The notes beneath the pieces were generated by a model that was not told the origin of the DNA, did not search any database, and saw only the letters and a list, made by a program, of their open reading frames with translations. Shown here piece by piece: positions 27,857 through 37,615 of a stretch of DNA of 64,000 bases (the stretch's first letter is position 1; every line of letters starts with the position of its first letter). This DNA comes from Actinomycetales bacterium (GTDB lineage: Bacteria; Actinomycetota; Actinomycetes; Actinomycetales; JBBRBF01), in contig JBBRBF010000006.1 of the NCBI GenBank assembly GCA_038206105.1, positions 36,205 through 100,204 of the forward strand, read 5' to 3'. A program made the position numbers and the translations under genes.

Positions 27857-28957
27857 TCAGCCGCCCACGTCGCGCCGCTGCGGCGGCGGGACGCGGGCGA
27901 GCGCGTCGGCCTGCGACAGCCCCGTCACCTGGAGCAGGTCGACCACCGCCGAGCGCACCTGCGCGAGGACGACGTCCGCCGACAGATCTCCCCTGGGCAC
28001 CCGCGCCGACAGCTCCGCGACGTCCCGCAGCCGGCGAGCCGCCGGGGCGAGGTCCTCCCCCGCGACGACCTCACCGGCCAGCAGCGACACAGCATCGGCG
28101 AGCTCGGCCACGAGGGTGGTGACCGGCGCGGACACCGTTTCTCCGACGCGGGTCGCGGCCACGACCCGGCGCGCGAGCACGCGCACGTTGCGCGCCGCCC
28201 GGTCCAGCGGCTGCACGGTCGCCGACAGCGACCTCAGGCCCTCGCCGTGCCGCCGCCGGAACGGCGACACCCGCACGACGTCGAGCCCCTCGGTCGCGGC
28301 CTGCCGCAGCGCGGCGATCGACGCGTCGGTCCCGCGAGCCCGGTCCAGCGCCAGCTCCGCGGCGGCCTGGTCCCCGCCGCGGGCCGCGTCGGCGCAGCAT
28401 CCCAGCAGGTCGGCGAGATCGCGCAGCACCCCGCCGGCGATCTCACGGGGTCGCCGCAACGGCTGTCGGGGCGCGACCGTGGCCACGGCGACCGCCACCG
28501 CTCCCCCGACGACGGCGTCGAGCCAGCGGCTGAGGCCCGCGTCGGCCTGCGGCAGCAGCGTCGTCACGATCACCGCCTGCACCCCGGACTGGGTGATGAG
28601 CACCGTCCCCGCGTCGAGCAGCACCGCCAGGCTCATCGCGATCCCGACCACGAGCGCGATCTGCCACCACCCGGTGCCGAGCAGCGTCACGAGCAGGTCG
28701 CCGACGGCCACCCCGATCGCCACGCCGACGACCACCTCGACGGCGCGCCGCGTCCGCTGGCCGTAGGCCACGCCGAGTGCGACGACCGCAGCGACGGGGG
28801 CGAAGAAGGGGCGGGTGTGCCCGAGCAGCTCGGTCGCGACGAGCCACGCCAGCGCCGCCGCGACGGCGCACTGCGCCACCTGGAACCGGGCGCGACGCCA
28901 CCGCGCCAGCCGTAGCCCCAGTCGACGCCGGGCCCGTGTGCGGTCCCAGCGCCTCAT
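27857..28957 (-). CDS. FUSC/aromatic-acid-exporter family membrane protein
   Basis: ARFQVAQCAVAAALAWLVATELLGHTRPFFAPVAAVVAL, 5 TM segments and a cytoplasmic helical C-terminus. The start overlaps the zapE stop by 4 nt. Confidence 0.7.
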   Translation of the reverse strand: MRRWDRTRARRRLGLRLARWRRARFQVAQCAVAAALAWLVATELLGHTRPFFAPVAAVVALGVAYGQRTRRAVEVVVGVAIGVAVGDLLVTLLGTGWWQIALVVGIAMSLAVLLDAGTVLITQSGVQAVIVTTLLPQADAGLSRWLDAVVGGAVAVAVATVAPRQPLRRPREIAGGVLRDLADLLGCCADAARGGDQAAAELALDRARGTDASIAALRQAATEGLDVVRVSPFRRRHGEGLRSLSATVQPLDRAARNVRVLARRVVAATRVGETVSAPVTTLVAELADAVSLLAGEVVAGEDLAPAARRLRDVAELSARVPRGDLSADVVLAQVRSAVVDLLQVTGLSQADALARVPPPQRRDVGG

Positions 28958-30042
28958 CCCGGCCCGCTGACCGCGGAGGTGCCTTCGCGTGCCAGCGCCG
29001 TCAGCCGCGAGACGGCACGCCGGTACTTCTTGCGGTAGCCGCCGGCGAGCATCTCGTCGGTGAACACACGGTCGAGCTGCTCGCCCGATGTCCGCAGCGG
29101 CAGCTCGCGGTCGTACACGCGGTCGGCGAGCACGACGAGCCGCAACGCGACGTTCTGGTCCGGCACGGGCCGGACCCCGGTCCAGTGCACCGACGTCACC
29201 CCGTCGAGCATCGCGCCGTACCGGCTGGGGTGCACGGTCGCCAGGTGCTCGAGCAGGTCGGAGAAGTCGTCGAGGACGGCGCCGTCCCCCCACTGCCGGG
29301 CCGCGGCGACCACGTCGGTGTCGTCCCAGGGCACGGGCGGCTCGGGCAGGCCCCGGTGCCGGTAGTCGTCACCGTCGATGCGGACGACGTCGAAGTGGCC
29401 GGCGACCGCCTGGATCTCCCGCAGGAAGTCGTCCGCGCCGAACCGCCCCTCCCCCAACGCGTCCGGCAGCGTGTTCGACGTCGCCGCGAGGCGCACGCCG
29501 GCGTCCGCGAGCTCGCGCAGCAGTCGAGCCATCAGCACGGTGTCGCCGGGGTCGTCGAGCTCGAACTCGTCGACGCACACGAGACGCATCGCGGTCAGGG
29601 CCTGCACCGCCTCGCGGAAGCCCAGCGCACCGGCGAGGTTCGTGTACTCCACGAACGTGCCGAACGCGCGCGGCGCGGGCACGGCGTGCCACAGCGAGGC
29701 GAGCAGGTGGGTCTTGCCGACTCCGAAACCACCGTCGAGGTAGAGCCCGGTCGGGCCGCCGGGCTGCGGTGCCCCCGCCACGAGCCGGCGCAGGCCGGCG
29801 CGCAGGCCCCCGGCGGCGCCGGGCGGCGGCGCGGACCGCTCGGCGAGCGCCTGCAGGGCGGTCACCGCCTCCGCCTGGCTGGGACGGTCCGGGTCGGGGC
29901 GGTAGGTGTCGAACGACTCCGCCGCGAACCGCGGCGGCGGCACGAGGTCCTCGACGAGCCGCTGCGGGTCGGTCCGGGGGGTGCGGCCGACGAGCGAGGC
30001 CGGCGCACCGCCGGGTCGCTGCTCCTCGCCCGGCCGGTCCAC
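28954..30042 (-). CDS. zapE: cell-division protein ZapE (AFG1-like ATPase)
   Basis: Walker A in YLDGGFGVGKTHLL and Walker B in LVCVDEFELDD, followed by ATSN. Start is GTG at 30042. Confidence 0.85.
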   Translation of the reverse strand: MDRPGEEQRPGGAPASLVGRTPRTDPQRLVEDLVPPPRFAAESFDTYRPDPDRPSQAEAVTALQALAERSAPPPGAAGGLRAGLRRLVAGAPQPGGPTGLYLDGGFGVGKTHLLASLWHAVPAPRAFGTFVEYTNLAGALGFREAVQALTAMRLVCVDEFELDDPGDTVLMARLLRELADAGVRLAATSNTLPDALGEGRFGADDFLREIQAVAGHFDVVRIDGDDYRHRGLPEPPVPWDDTDVVAAARQWGDGAVLDDFSDLLEHLATVHPSRYGAMLDGVTSVHWTGVRPVPDQNVALRLVVLADRVYDRELPLRTSGEQLDRVFTDEMLAGGYRKKYRRAVSRLTALAREGTSAVSGPG

Positions 30043-30114
30043 GCGGCGAAGGGTAGACGGGGCCGCGGCTCGTGGCCGGGGCAGGATGGGCTCACCCCCG
30101 GGCGCAGGACGACG

Positions 30115-31077
30115 ATGCTGCGGTTCCGGGAGACGCGGGAGGGCGGACGGCGGGTGGTCGGCAGCGGAGGCGGTGACGGCAGCGGAGCGGAGCCCCTGAG
30201 CCGGTACCTGCTGGCACAGGCGCGGGCCCTGGAGGACGCCAGCGACGCGGCGCGACACGGCGACCCCGAGGGGGTCCACGACGTCCGTGTGGCGGCCCGG
30301 CGCGCCCGCAGCGCCCTGGCGGCGCACCGCCGGCTGCTGCCCCGCGGTCGCCGCGACGAGGCGCGTGCGCTCGAGCGGGACCTGCGCGAGCACGCCGCGG
30401 GGCTGTCGGCGCGCCGGGACGCCGAGGCCGCCGGGGAGCTCGTCGTCGGGTGGGCGGACGCCCGGGCCTGGCCCGCCGACCGAACCCGCCGCGTGCTGGC
30501 GACCCTCACCGAACGGTCGACGGCCGCCGAGCAGGCCGACGGGGCGGTCGCAGACCCCGACCGCCTCCTGAGCGCGCGGTCCGCCGCCGCGCTCGCCGGG
30601 CGGGTCTTCGCCGCGGGGGACGCCGTCGACGGCTGCGCAGAGGCCGGTCTGCGACGCGGGGTGCGGCGGTCCTGGCGCCGGGTCCAGGCACGGTGGGACG
30701 TCGCCCGCGCCCGGCTCGTGGGACGCCCTGACGGAGACGACCGGGCGACCGGCGACGACGAGCGGGCCGTCGCGCTGCACGAGGTCCGCAAGGCGGCCAA
30801 GCGGCTGCGGTACGCCGCCGAGGTGGCCGCCGAGGGCGACCGCGGCGCCGACGCGGTCGCGGCCGCGGCCCGCGGGGTGCAACGGCTGCTGGGTGACCGG
30901 CAGGACGCCGTCGTCGTCGCCGGCCTGCTCGCCGCACCCGCTGCGGACGAGACCACGGACGCGGCCGTGGACCACGCCCGCCGGCTGGCCGACGCCGTCG
31001 TGGACCATGCCGACGTTGGGGTGCTCGCGGCCGTCGACGACCTCCGCGGCGCCGTGCGACGGTGGACCCCGGGCTGA
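30115..31077 (+). CDS. CHAD domain protein
   Basis: Repeated CHAD helices: HDVRVAARRARSAL and HEVRKAAKRLRYAAE. Confidence 0.75.
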   Translation: MLRFRETREGGRRVVGSGGGDGSGAEPLSRYLLAQARALEDASDAARHGDPEGVHDVRVAARRARSALAAHRRLLPRGRRDEARALERDLREHAAGLSARRDAEAAGELVVGWADARAWPADRTRRVLATLTERSTAAEQADGAVADPDRLLSARSAAALAGRVFAAGDAVDGCAEAGLRRGVRRSWRRVQARWDVARARLVGRPDGDDRATGDDERAVALHEVRKAAKRLRYAAEVAAEGDRGADAVAAAARGVQRLLGDRQDAVVVAGLLAAPAADETTDAAVDHARRLADAVVDHADVGVLAAVDDLRGAVRRWTPG

Positions 31078-31139
31078 GCGTCGGACCCTCGGAGGTGGGA
31101 TGATCGTAGGCGCCGTCGACAACCCCCAGGAGGACCTTC

Positions 31140-32039
31140 GTGGCCGTCGCACCCGACACCGACCCGACGTTCGCCGAGTACGCCGACCCGGAGCGGCTCG
31201 TCAGCACGCAGTGGGTCGCGGACCACCTCGGCGAGGACGGACTCGTCGTCGTCGAGTCCGACGAGGACGTGCTGCTGTACGAGACCGGTCACGTCCCCGG
31301 CGCCGTCAAGGTCGACTGGCACACCGAGCTCAACGACCCCGTGACCCGCGACTACGTGGACGGGGAGGCGTTCGCGGCCCTGATGCGCGCCAAGGGCATC
31401 TCCCGCGACGACACGGTGGTCATCTACGGCGACAAGAACAACTGGTGGGCCGCCTACGCGATGTGGGTGTTCGCCCTGTTCGACCACCCCGACGTCCGCC
31501 TGATGGATGGCGGCCGCGCGAAGTGGCACGCCGAGGGCCGCGACCTCGCCACGGCGGCCCCGGAGCGCGCAGCGAGCGAGTACCCGGTCGTCGAGCGCCG
31601 CGACGACGAGATCCGGGCGTTCAAGGACGACGCGCTCGCCCACCTCGGCAAGCCGATGATCGACGTCCGGTCGCCGCAGGAGTACACCGGTGAGCGGACC
31701 CACATGCCGGACTACCCCGAGGAGGGCGCCCTGCGCGGCGGGCACATCCCCGGGGCCCAGTCGGTGCCGTGGGCGCGAGCCGCCGCCGAGGACGGCACCT
31801 TCAAGCGGCGCGCCGACCTGGAGGCCATCTACGAGCAGGAGAAGGGCCTGTCGAGCGACGACGACGTGATCGCCTACTGCCGCATCGGCGAGCGGTCGAG
31901 CCACACCTGGTTCGTGCTGCACCACCTGCTCGGCTACCCCCGGGTCCGCAACTACGACGGGTCGTGGACCGAGTGGGGCAACGCGGTGCGCGTCCCGATC
32001 GTCAAGGGCGAGCAGCCCGGCGAGGTGCCGCAACGATGA
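31140..32039 (+). CDS. thiosulfate/3-mercaptopyruvate sulfurtransferase (tandem rhodanese)
   Basis: Two rhodanese domains with the active-site loop [16 protein letters not shown] at 31140 follows a CAGGAGGA RBS. Confidence 0.9.
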   Translation: MAVAPDTDPTFAEYADPERLVSTQWVADHLGEDGLVVVESDEDVLLYETGHVPGAVKVDWHTELNDPVTRDYVDGEAFAALMRAKGISRDDTVVIYGDKNNWWAAYAMWVFALFDHPDVRLMDGGRAKWHAEGRDLATAAPERAASEYPVVERRDDEIRAFKDDALAHLGKPMIDVRSPQEYTGERTHMPDYPEEGALRGGHIPGAQSVPWARAAAEDGTFKRRADLEAIYEQEKGLSSDDDVIAYCRIGERSSHTWFVLHHLLGYPRVRNYDGSWTEWGNAVRVPIVKGEQPGEVPQR

Positions 32040-32503
32040 GCGGGACCGCGACGGAGGCCGCCGCGGGGCTGCCGGAGGCGCTCGCGGAGATCGTCACGGA
32101 CTTCCACGACCTCGGTACCGCGGACCGGCTCCAGCTGCTGCTCGACTTCAGCCGCGAGCTGCCAGGGCTGCCCGAGCGGTACGCCGAGCACCCCGAGCTG
32201 ATGGAGCCCGTGCCGGAGTGCCAGTCCCCGATCTTCCTCGTCACCGAGGTCGAGGGGGCCGGGGAGCAGGCTGCGGTGCGGCTGCACTTCTCCGCACCGC
32301 CGGAGGCCCCCACCACCCGCGGCTTCGCCGGCATCCTCCACGAGGGGCTCGACGGGCTGAGCGCGCGCGCGGTGCTCGACGTGCCCAACGACGTCTCCCA
32401 CCGCCTCGGCCTCGACGAGGCCGTCAGCCCGCTGCGGCTGCGCGGGATGGCGGGGATGCTGGCGCGGATCAAGCGCCAGGTCCGCGAGAAGGCCGGGGTG
32501 TGA
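32036..32503 (+). CDS. sufE: SufE-family sulfur acceptor
   Basis: [14 protein letters not shown]...[11 protein letters not shown] (acceptor Cys)...[10 protein letters not shown]. The start shares an ATGA overlap with the rhodanese gene. Confidence 0.85.
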   Translation: MSGTATEAAAGLPEALAEIVTDFHDLGTADRLQLLLDFSRELPGLPERYAEHPELMEPVPECQSPIFLVTEVEGAGEQAAVRLHFSAPPEAPTTRGFAGILHEGLDGLSARAVLDVPNDVSHRLGLDEAVSPLRLRGMAGMLARIKRQVREKAGV

Positions 32504-33294
32504 GCGACCCGCCGCCGCTGGAGGTGCTGCTGCCGGCCGAGCGCGCCGGCACCGTGCTCGCCCCCGAGCCGGCCGAGACCGAGCTCGCCGCCGTGCTCGC
32601 CCACCCGAGCGGCGACAGGGGTCAGCCGTTCGTACGCGCGAACATGGTGGCCGGGGTCGACGGCGGCACGTGGGACGGCGCCGGCCGCACCGGCGGGCTG
32701 GGTACGCCCGCGGACCTGCGCGTGCTGGTGCTGCTGCGGTCCCTGGCGGACGCCGTCCTGGTCGGGGCCGGCACGATCCGCGCCGAGGGGTACGGCCCAC
32801 TGCGCACCCGCCCGGCGTTCGCGGCGCGGCGGCGGGCAGCCGACCAGGACTCCGCCCCCCGGCTGGCGGTCGTCACCCGGACCTGCGACGTGCCGGCGGA
32901 CAGAGGGCTCCTGGACGCCGGCGCCGCCACCCTGGTCGTGACGTGCGAGGCGGCGGGCTCCGACGCGGTGACGCGGGTGCGCTCCCGCCTCGGCGCGGAC
33001 GCCGTCCTCGTCGCCGGGGACGACGACGTCGACCTGGGCGCCGCACTCGATGCCCTCGCCGCGCTGGGCCTGGGCCGGGTGCTCACCGAAGGCGGGCCGA
33101 GGCTGCTCGCGGCGCTCGTCGCCGCGGGGCGGCTCGACGAGCTCTGCCTGACCACGGCGCCCGCGCTGCTCGGCGGGGACGCCGCCCGCGTGCTCGACGG
33201 CCCCGCCGTCGGCGGCACCTCCGGTGTGCCGGTGCGCCTGCTGAGCCTGCTGCACCACGAGGGCACCCTGCTCGCCCGGTGGTCGACCCGGTGA
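32500..33294 (+). CDS. RibD C-terminal-domain / dihydrofolate-reductase-like family protein
   Basis: VRANMVAGVDGG...DLRVLVLLRSLADAVLVGAGTIRAEGY...LTEGGPRLLAALVAAGRLDELCLT. The start shares a GTGA overlap with the upstream gene. Confidence 0.7.
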   Translation: MSDPPPLEVLLPAERAGTVLAPEPAETELAAVLAHPSGDRGQPFVRANMVAGVDGGTWDGAGRTGGLGTPADLRVLVLLRSLADAVLVGAGTIRAEGYGPLRTRPAFAARRRAADQDSAPRLAVVTRTCDVPADRGLLDAGAATLVVTCEAAGSDAVTRVRSRLGADAVLVAGDDDVDLGAALDALAALGLGRVLTEGGPRLLAALVAAGRLDELCLTTAPALLGGDAARVLDGPAVGGTSGVPVRLLSLLHHEGTLLARWSTR

Positions 33295-34364
33295 GCACCG
33301 AGCCCGGCGACGAGGCGGTCGGTCACGACGAGCTCCGGCTGGCGTCGCGGAACCACGCGATGCCGCTGGAGGCCCTCGCACTCGACGTCACCCCGGTGGG
33401 CCTGCACTTCGTGATGTGCCACTACGACATCCCGCTGCTGGACACCCGGCCGTGGCGCCTCGACGTCGTCGGGCTCGTCGAGATGCCGCGCTCGCTGTCC
33501 GTCGACGACCTGCGTGCCCTGCCGTCGGTGACCGCGACGGTGACGATGGAGTGCGCGGGCAACGGCCGGTCGCTGCTGCGGCCGCGGCCGGTAGGCCAGC
33601 CGTGGGTGGACGGCGGGGTCGGCACCGCGCAGTGGACCGGCACCCCGCTCGCGGACGTCCTGGCAGCCGCCGGCGTGCAGGAGGGTGCCGTGGACGTCGT
33701 CTTCTCCGGTGCCGACCACGGCACCGAGCACGGCAGCGAGCAGGACTACGCGCGCTCCCTGTCGGTGGCGGACGCGACGTCGGACGACGTGCTGCTGGCG
33801 TGGGCGATGAACGGGGCGCCCCTGGCGCCGCAGCACGGCGCGCCGCTGCGGCTCGTGGTCCCCGGCTGGTACGGCATGGCGTCGGTGAAGTGGCTGCGGC
33901 GCATCGAGATCCGGGACACCACCTTCACCGGCTTCCACCAGACCCGCGCCTACCGGGTGCGGGAGTCCGGCCGCGACGTCGGCGTCCCGGTGCGCCGGAT
34001 CCGGCCGCGGGCGCTGCTGCGCCCGCCGGGCTTCCCCGACTACCTGTCGCGCATCCGCGTCGTCGAGGTCGGCGACCACGAGCTCACCGGCCGGGCCTGG
34101 TGCGGCAGCGCCCCGGTCACACGGGTCGAGGTCAGCACCGACGACGGCGACACCTGGGCCGACGCGGAGGTGTCCGCCGCGCCCGGGTCGGCGGCCTGGC
34201 AGGCGTGGAGATGGCGCTGGGCGGCACGCCGCCCCGGACGGGCGATGCTGCGCGCCCGCGCGCACGCCGCCGACGGGTCCGTGCAGCCCGACGACCCCCG
34301 CTGGAACGTGCACGGCGTCGTCAACAACGCCACACAGCGGGTCGAGGTGCTCGTGCGCGCCTGA
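33291..34364 (+). CDS. sulfite-oxidase-like molybdopterin oxidoreductase
   Basis: VTMECAGNGR (Moco Cys), HGAPLRLVVPGWYGMASVKWLRRIE, and a C-terminal dimerisation/Ig-like domain. The start shares a GTGA overlap with the upstream gene. Confidence 0.85.
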   Translation: MSTEPGDEAVGHDELRLASRNHAMPLEALALDVTPVGLHFVMCHYDIPLLDTRPWRLDVVGLVEMPRSLSVDDLRALPSVTATVTMECAGNGRSLLRPRPVGQPWVDGGVGTAQWTGTPLADVLAAAGVQEGAVDVVFSGADHGTEHGSEQDYARSLSVADATSDDVLLAWAMNGAPLAPQHGAPLRLVVPGWYGMASVKWLRRIEIRDTTFTGFHQTRAYRVRESGRDVGVPVRRIRPRALLRPPGFPDYLSRIRVVEVGDHELTGRAWCGSAPVTRVEVSTDDGDTWADAEVSAAPGSAAWQAWRWRWAARRPGRAMLRARAHAADGSVQPDDPRWNVHGVVNNATQRVEVLVRA

Positions 34365-34376
34365 CCAGCGAGAACC

Positions 34377-35099
34377 CTACGCGGAGGACATCCGCTCGAT
34401 CCGGTCGAGCAGGTTCTCCAGCGACTCCTCGAACTCCGACCGCGAGTGGTCCTGCCGCAGCAGGTGCTCGAGCTGGCCGATGCACGGGTAGTCCGCGAGG
34501 TCGACGTCGTCCGCCGAGCTCGCGACCTCGTGCACCTCGCCGTCCACGGGGACGGGCGCCTCGGTGCGGCTCGACACCTCGAGCAGCAGGTGCCCCAGCA
34601 GGAAGCTCGTGAACGCGCGGTAGGCGGCGACGGCCGACGCATCCGAGAAGCCCCTGGTGGTCAGGCCGCGCAGGAACGTCTCGATCCACTCCAGGCTGCG
34701 TAGTGGCGGCCGGATCCACGGCGCGGCCGGGTGCCTCGTCGCCAGCAGCGGGAACAGCTGCGGGTGGGCGAGGGCCACTCGCCGCACCGAGTGCGCCAGC
34801 TGCTGCAGGAACCCCTGCCACCGGTCGCCGGGCGCCTCGCCGTCGTCGGGCTCGGCCTCGAGCTCGGCCACGACCGCCTCGATCACCGCGTCCAACAGGT
34901 CCTCGCGGCCGGCCACGTAGCGGTACAGCGACATCGCCTCCACCCCGAGGGTGGCGCCGAGGCGACGCATCGACAGGTCCCGCAGGCCCTGCCGGTCGAT
35001 CAGGTCGAGGGCCGCGCGCACCACCACGTCGCGGGTGAGCCTGTCGCCGGGTGCCGACGCCGCGTCGTCGGACCCGTCCTGCCGCGCGCTCGTCGTCAT
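34377..35099 (-). CDS. TetR-family transcriptional regulator
   Basis: RDVVVRAALDLIDRQGLRDLSMRRLGATLGVEAMSLYRYVAGREDLL. ATG at 35099 has a GGAGG RBS. Confidence 0.85.
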   Translation of the reverse strand: MTTSARQDGSDDAASAPGDRLTRDVVVRAALDLIDRQGLRDLSMRRLGATLGVEAMSLYRYVAGREDLLDAVIEAVVAELEAEPDDGEAPGDRWQGFLQQLAHSVRRVALAHPQLFPLLATRHPAAPWIRPPLRSLEWIETFLRGLTTRGFSDASAVAAYRAFTSFLLGHLLLEVSSRTEAPVPVDGEVHEVASSADDVDLADYPCIGQLEHLLRQDHSRSEFEESLENLLDRIERMSSA

Positions 35100-35173
35100 G
35101 GCCACCTCCGTCGAACGGATGGTACGTGTCGGAGACGACCTACCGGGAGCGGTCCACGGCCCGGAGCGGGGAA

Positions 35174-35218
35174 GGCCCGGTGCCGGAGCCCGTGGTCGAC
35201 GGGCGCCGGCACCGGGCC
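35174..35218 (-). terminator. long GC hairpin downstream of the ysnF-like gene
   Basis: GGCCCGGTGCCGG...CCGGCACCGGGCC is a 13-bp perfect outer stem, and the inner 6-bp stem is GCCCGT/ACGGGC. It lies 16 nt after the stop at 35234. There is no clear U-tract. Confidence 0.45.
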
Positions 35219-35233
35219 GATGAGCCACTGTCG

Positions 35234-36085
35234 TCAGGCGCGGTCGCCCGTGCCCTCAGTATCGATCTGCTCCTTGCGGACCTGCTCGGACACCTCGCGC
35301 TGCTCGGTCACCGACTCGGTGCCCATCCGCACCCGCTCGACGGGCACGGTCTCCTTGTCGACGACGACCTGCTCCTCGTGGAGCACGACCTCGTGCTCCT
35401 CCTCGCTGATCGCGGGCCCGTCACCGGCCGCCTCGGCGTTTGCGTCGGTGATCGGCTCACGCTCGAGCACGACCTCCTCGCGGGTCACCGGGACGGTCTT
35501 CGTGACCTCCTCGGTGACGACGTACTTGCGCAGCCGGGCGCGGCCGGCCTCGCGCTTCTCGGTCCCGATGTTCACGCGCTCCTCCGAGCGCGTCATGGAG
35601 TCGTCCGTGCTCGGCCCGGAGGTGTCGTGGCCGACCGTGCCCTGGCCCTCGGTCCCTGCGGTCCCGGTCGCGCGGTCGTTACCGGTGGCGTCGAGGTCGA
35701 CGTCCGCCCGGCCCTCGTCGTCACCGCGGTGACGGTCACCGGCCAGCCCGGAGTCCGAGGCGGACTCGGAGTACTCGACGCCGTAGTAGCGGTACAGCTC
35801 GACCTCGGCCTCCTGCGAGAGGTGGCCCTCCTCGACGTCAACGCGCGGGGCGTCCTTGACCTTCGACTTGTCGTAGGGCACGGCGAGCTCGTCGCCGCGG
35901 ACGTCGGCGTCGGCCAGCGGCACGAAGCTCTGCTTGTTCCCGAACAGCCCCGTCTCGACGGTGACCCACTCCGGCCGGCCGGTGGCGTCATCGAGGAAGA
36001 TCTGTCCGGCCTTGCCGATCGACTCGCCGTCGGACCCGACGACCTGGCGGCCGATGACGGTCTGGATGTCGCTCTCGTTGATCAT
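35234..36085 (-). CDS. PRC-barrel plus YsnF/AvaK (DUF2382) stress-response protein
   Basis: The N-terminus GRQVVGSDGESIGKAGQIFLDD...FVPL is PRC-barrel-like. The C-terminus has repeated EERVNIGTEKREAGRARLRKYVVTEEV...PVTREEV motifs. Confidence 0.8.
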   Translation of the reverse strand: MINESDIQTVIGRQVVGSDGESIGKAGQIFLDDATGRPEWVTVETGLFGNKQSFVPLADADVRGDELAVPYDKSKVKDAPRVDVEEGHLSQEAEVELYRYYGVEYSESASDSGLAGDRHRGDDEGRADVDLDATGNDRATGTAGTEGQGTVGHDTSGPSTDDSMTRSEERVNIGTEKREAGRARLRKYVVTEEVTKTVPVTREEVVLEREPITDANAEAAGDGPAISEEEHEVVLHEEQVVVDKETVPVERVRMGTESVTEQREVSEQVRKEQIDTEGTGDRA

Positions 36086-36195
36086 GTTTCGCTCCTTCGT
36101 GAGGGGGACTCGCTCACGGCCCCGGGGCCCGGGGTCGCGGGTGGTGCGGTGCCCCGGTAGGGGCCGACGAGGCGTGGGCCTCGAGGGTGTGGGGC

Positions 36196-37116
36196 TCAGC
36201 GGCGGAACAGGTCGTCCCGGCCGGACTGGTGCTCGTCACCGGTCTCGGTCCGGATCTCGCTGGTCTGCTCCGTCTGGGCGGCCGAGTGCGCGGTGTGCGC
36301 GCCGGCCGAACCCTGCGCACCGGCCGACCCCTGCGCGCCGGAACGCTCCTGCGATCCGGCCCGGTCCTGCGAGCCGGACGCGTGGTCGTCGGCCTGGTCG
36401 TACTGCACCTTGGCGGCCTTCGCCTGCTCCTTGGCGTCCGGGCTGTTGCGCACCTGCTCGGCGACGCGGTCGGACTCGGACTCGGCCTTGTCGAGCCAGC
36501 CGTCCCAGCGGTGCTGCATCGGCCGGACCAGGCCGCCGCCGACACCGACGACGAGGATGCCGGCGATGGTGGCCAGCACGGCGATCAGGATCGGTGTGGT
36601 GACCGTGGTGGCGATGTCGACCTGGTTCAGCGCGGCGATGACGCCGATGCCGATGATGAAGGCCGAGGCGATGTTGGCCAGCAGGTTGCCGTAGGACAGG
36701 CCGCCCAGGCTGTTCGCGATGAGCTCGCGCACCGCCGCGGCGATCGCCGCGGCGAGCACGAGGATGATGACCGCGACGAACACCTTCGGCAGGAAGGCGA
36801 TCACGGACTGGATGAGGTCGCTGATCGGGTTCGGGCCGAAGACGCCGAACGCCAGCTGCAGCGTGAACAGCAGGATGGCGTAGTAGACGAGCTTGGCGAG
36901 GATGTCGCTGGGGTCGTACGTGCTCTTGGCGAGCGCCTTGCCGACGCCGCCGCGCTCGATGGCGCGGTCGAAGCCGACACGCTCGAGCACCTTGTCGACG
37001 AGCTTGGCGATCGCCTTGGCGAGGATCCAGCCGATGACGAGGATGACGAGGAACAGCACGAGCTTGGGGACGAACGTGGCCACCGAGCCGAGGCCGTTCG
37101 AGAGTGCGTCTGACAT
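36196..37116 (-). CDS. conserved-TM-helix repeat membrane protein (MscS-related N-terminal type)
   Basis: FVPKLVLFLVILVIGWILAKAIAKLVDKVLERVGFD and related repeats. The hydrophilic tail contains a GAQGSAGAQGSAGA repeat. Confidence 0.65.
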   Translation of the reverse strand: MSDALSNGLGSVATFVPKLVLFLVILVIGWILAKAIAKLVDKVLERVGFDRAIERGGVGKALAKSTYDPSDILAKLVYYAILLFTLQLAFGVFGPNPISDLIQSVIAFLPKVFVAVIILVLAAAIAAAVRELIANSLGGLSYGNLLANIASAFIIGIGVIAALNQVDIATTVTTPILIAVLATIAGILVVGVGGGLVRPMQHRWDGWLDKAESESDRVAEQVRNSPDAKEQAKAAKVQYDQADDHASGSQDRAGSQERSGAQGSAGAQGSAGAHTAHSAAQTEQTSEIRTETGDEHQSGRDDLFRR

Positions 37117-37162
37117 GTCGCTCCAGGTGGTTCGGGGTAGGCCGCGCAGACGCAGCCGCGGG

Positions 37163-37561
37163 TCAGGGGCTGGGGACCTCGGTGGGCACCGACTCGCTGA
37201 CGGAGTCGATCCGCTGGTTCAGCTGGTCGATGAACGCCTCGTTGTCCTTCAGCGCGAACACGCCGACGGTGGCGGCAATCACGAGGAGCAGCGTGAACAC
37301 GCTCATCACCAGCCCGGTGACGGCGAGAGCCTTGCCGGTGACGTGCGGCAGCTTGGCCTTGCGCATCCCCACGAACCCGAGCACGAGCCCGATCAGGGCG
37401 AACGGCAGCGCGAGGGGGGCGAGCACGAGGCTCAGGACGCAGAAGAGCGCCGACAGGCCGAAGATCAGCGCGAACGTGGCGGCGGCGCTGGTCTTGAGCT
37501 TCGGAACGTCCTTGCTGCTGTAGACGGTGTGGTGCCGGTCGGTCCGGCCGACTTCGGTCAT
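37163..37561 (-). CDS. small integral membrane protein (DUF4190-like)
   Basis: 132 aa with two long hydrophobic hairpins and a GLVLGFVGMRKAK motif. Confidence 0.55.
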   Translation of the reverse strand: MTEVGRTDRHHTVYSSKDVPKLKTSAAATFALIFGLSALFCVLSLVLAPLALPFALIGLVLGFVGMRKAKLPHVTGKALAVTGLVMSVFTLLLVIAATVGVFALKDNEAFIDQLNQRIDSVSESVPTEVPSP

Positions 37562-37615
37562 GGGAGTTCCTCCGGGGTCGATCGGGGTCGACGGGTCAGG
37601 CGGGTCGGACGGAGC

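Noticed and set aside
27857-31077. The FUSC-ZapE 4-nt overlap plus the divergent CHAD gene as a functional system.
   Set aside because: The coupling is real in the sequence, but I know of no shared function. Overlaps are ubiquitous in this window, so this is not evidence of a system on its own.
36086-36195. GC palindromes (for example GGCCCCGGGGCC) and small hairpins between the TM-helix gene and the ysnF-like gene as special elements.
   Set aside because: These are short, low-complexity G/C symmetry of a kind common in high-GC intergenic DNA, and are not distinctive enough to call.
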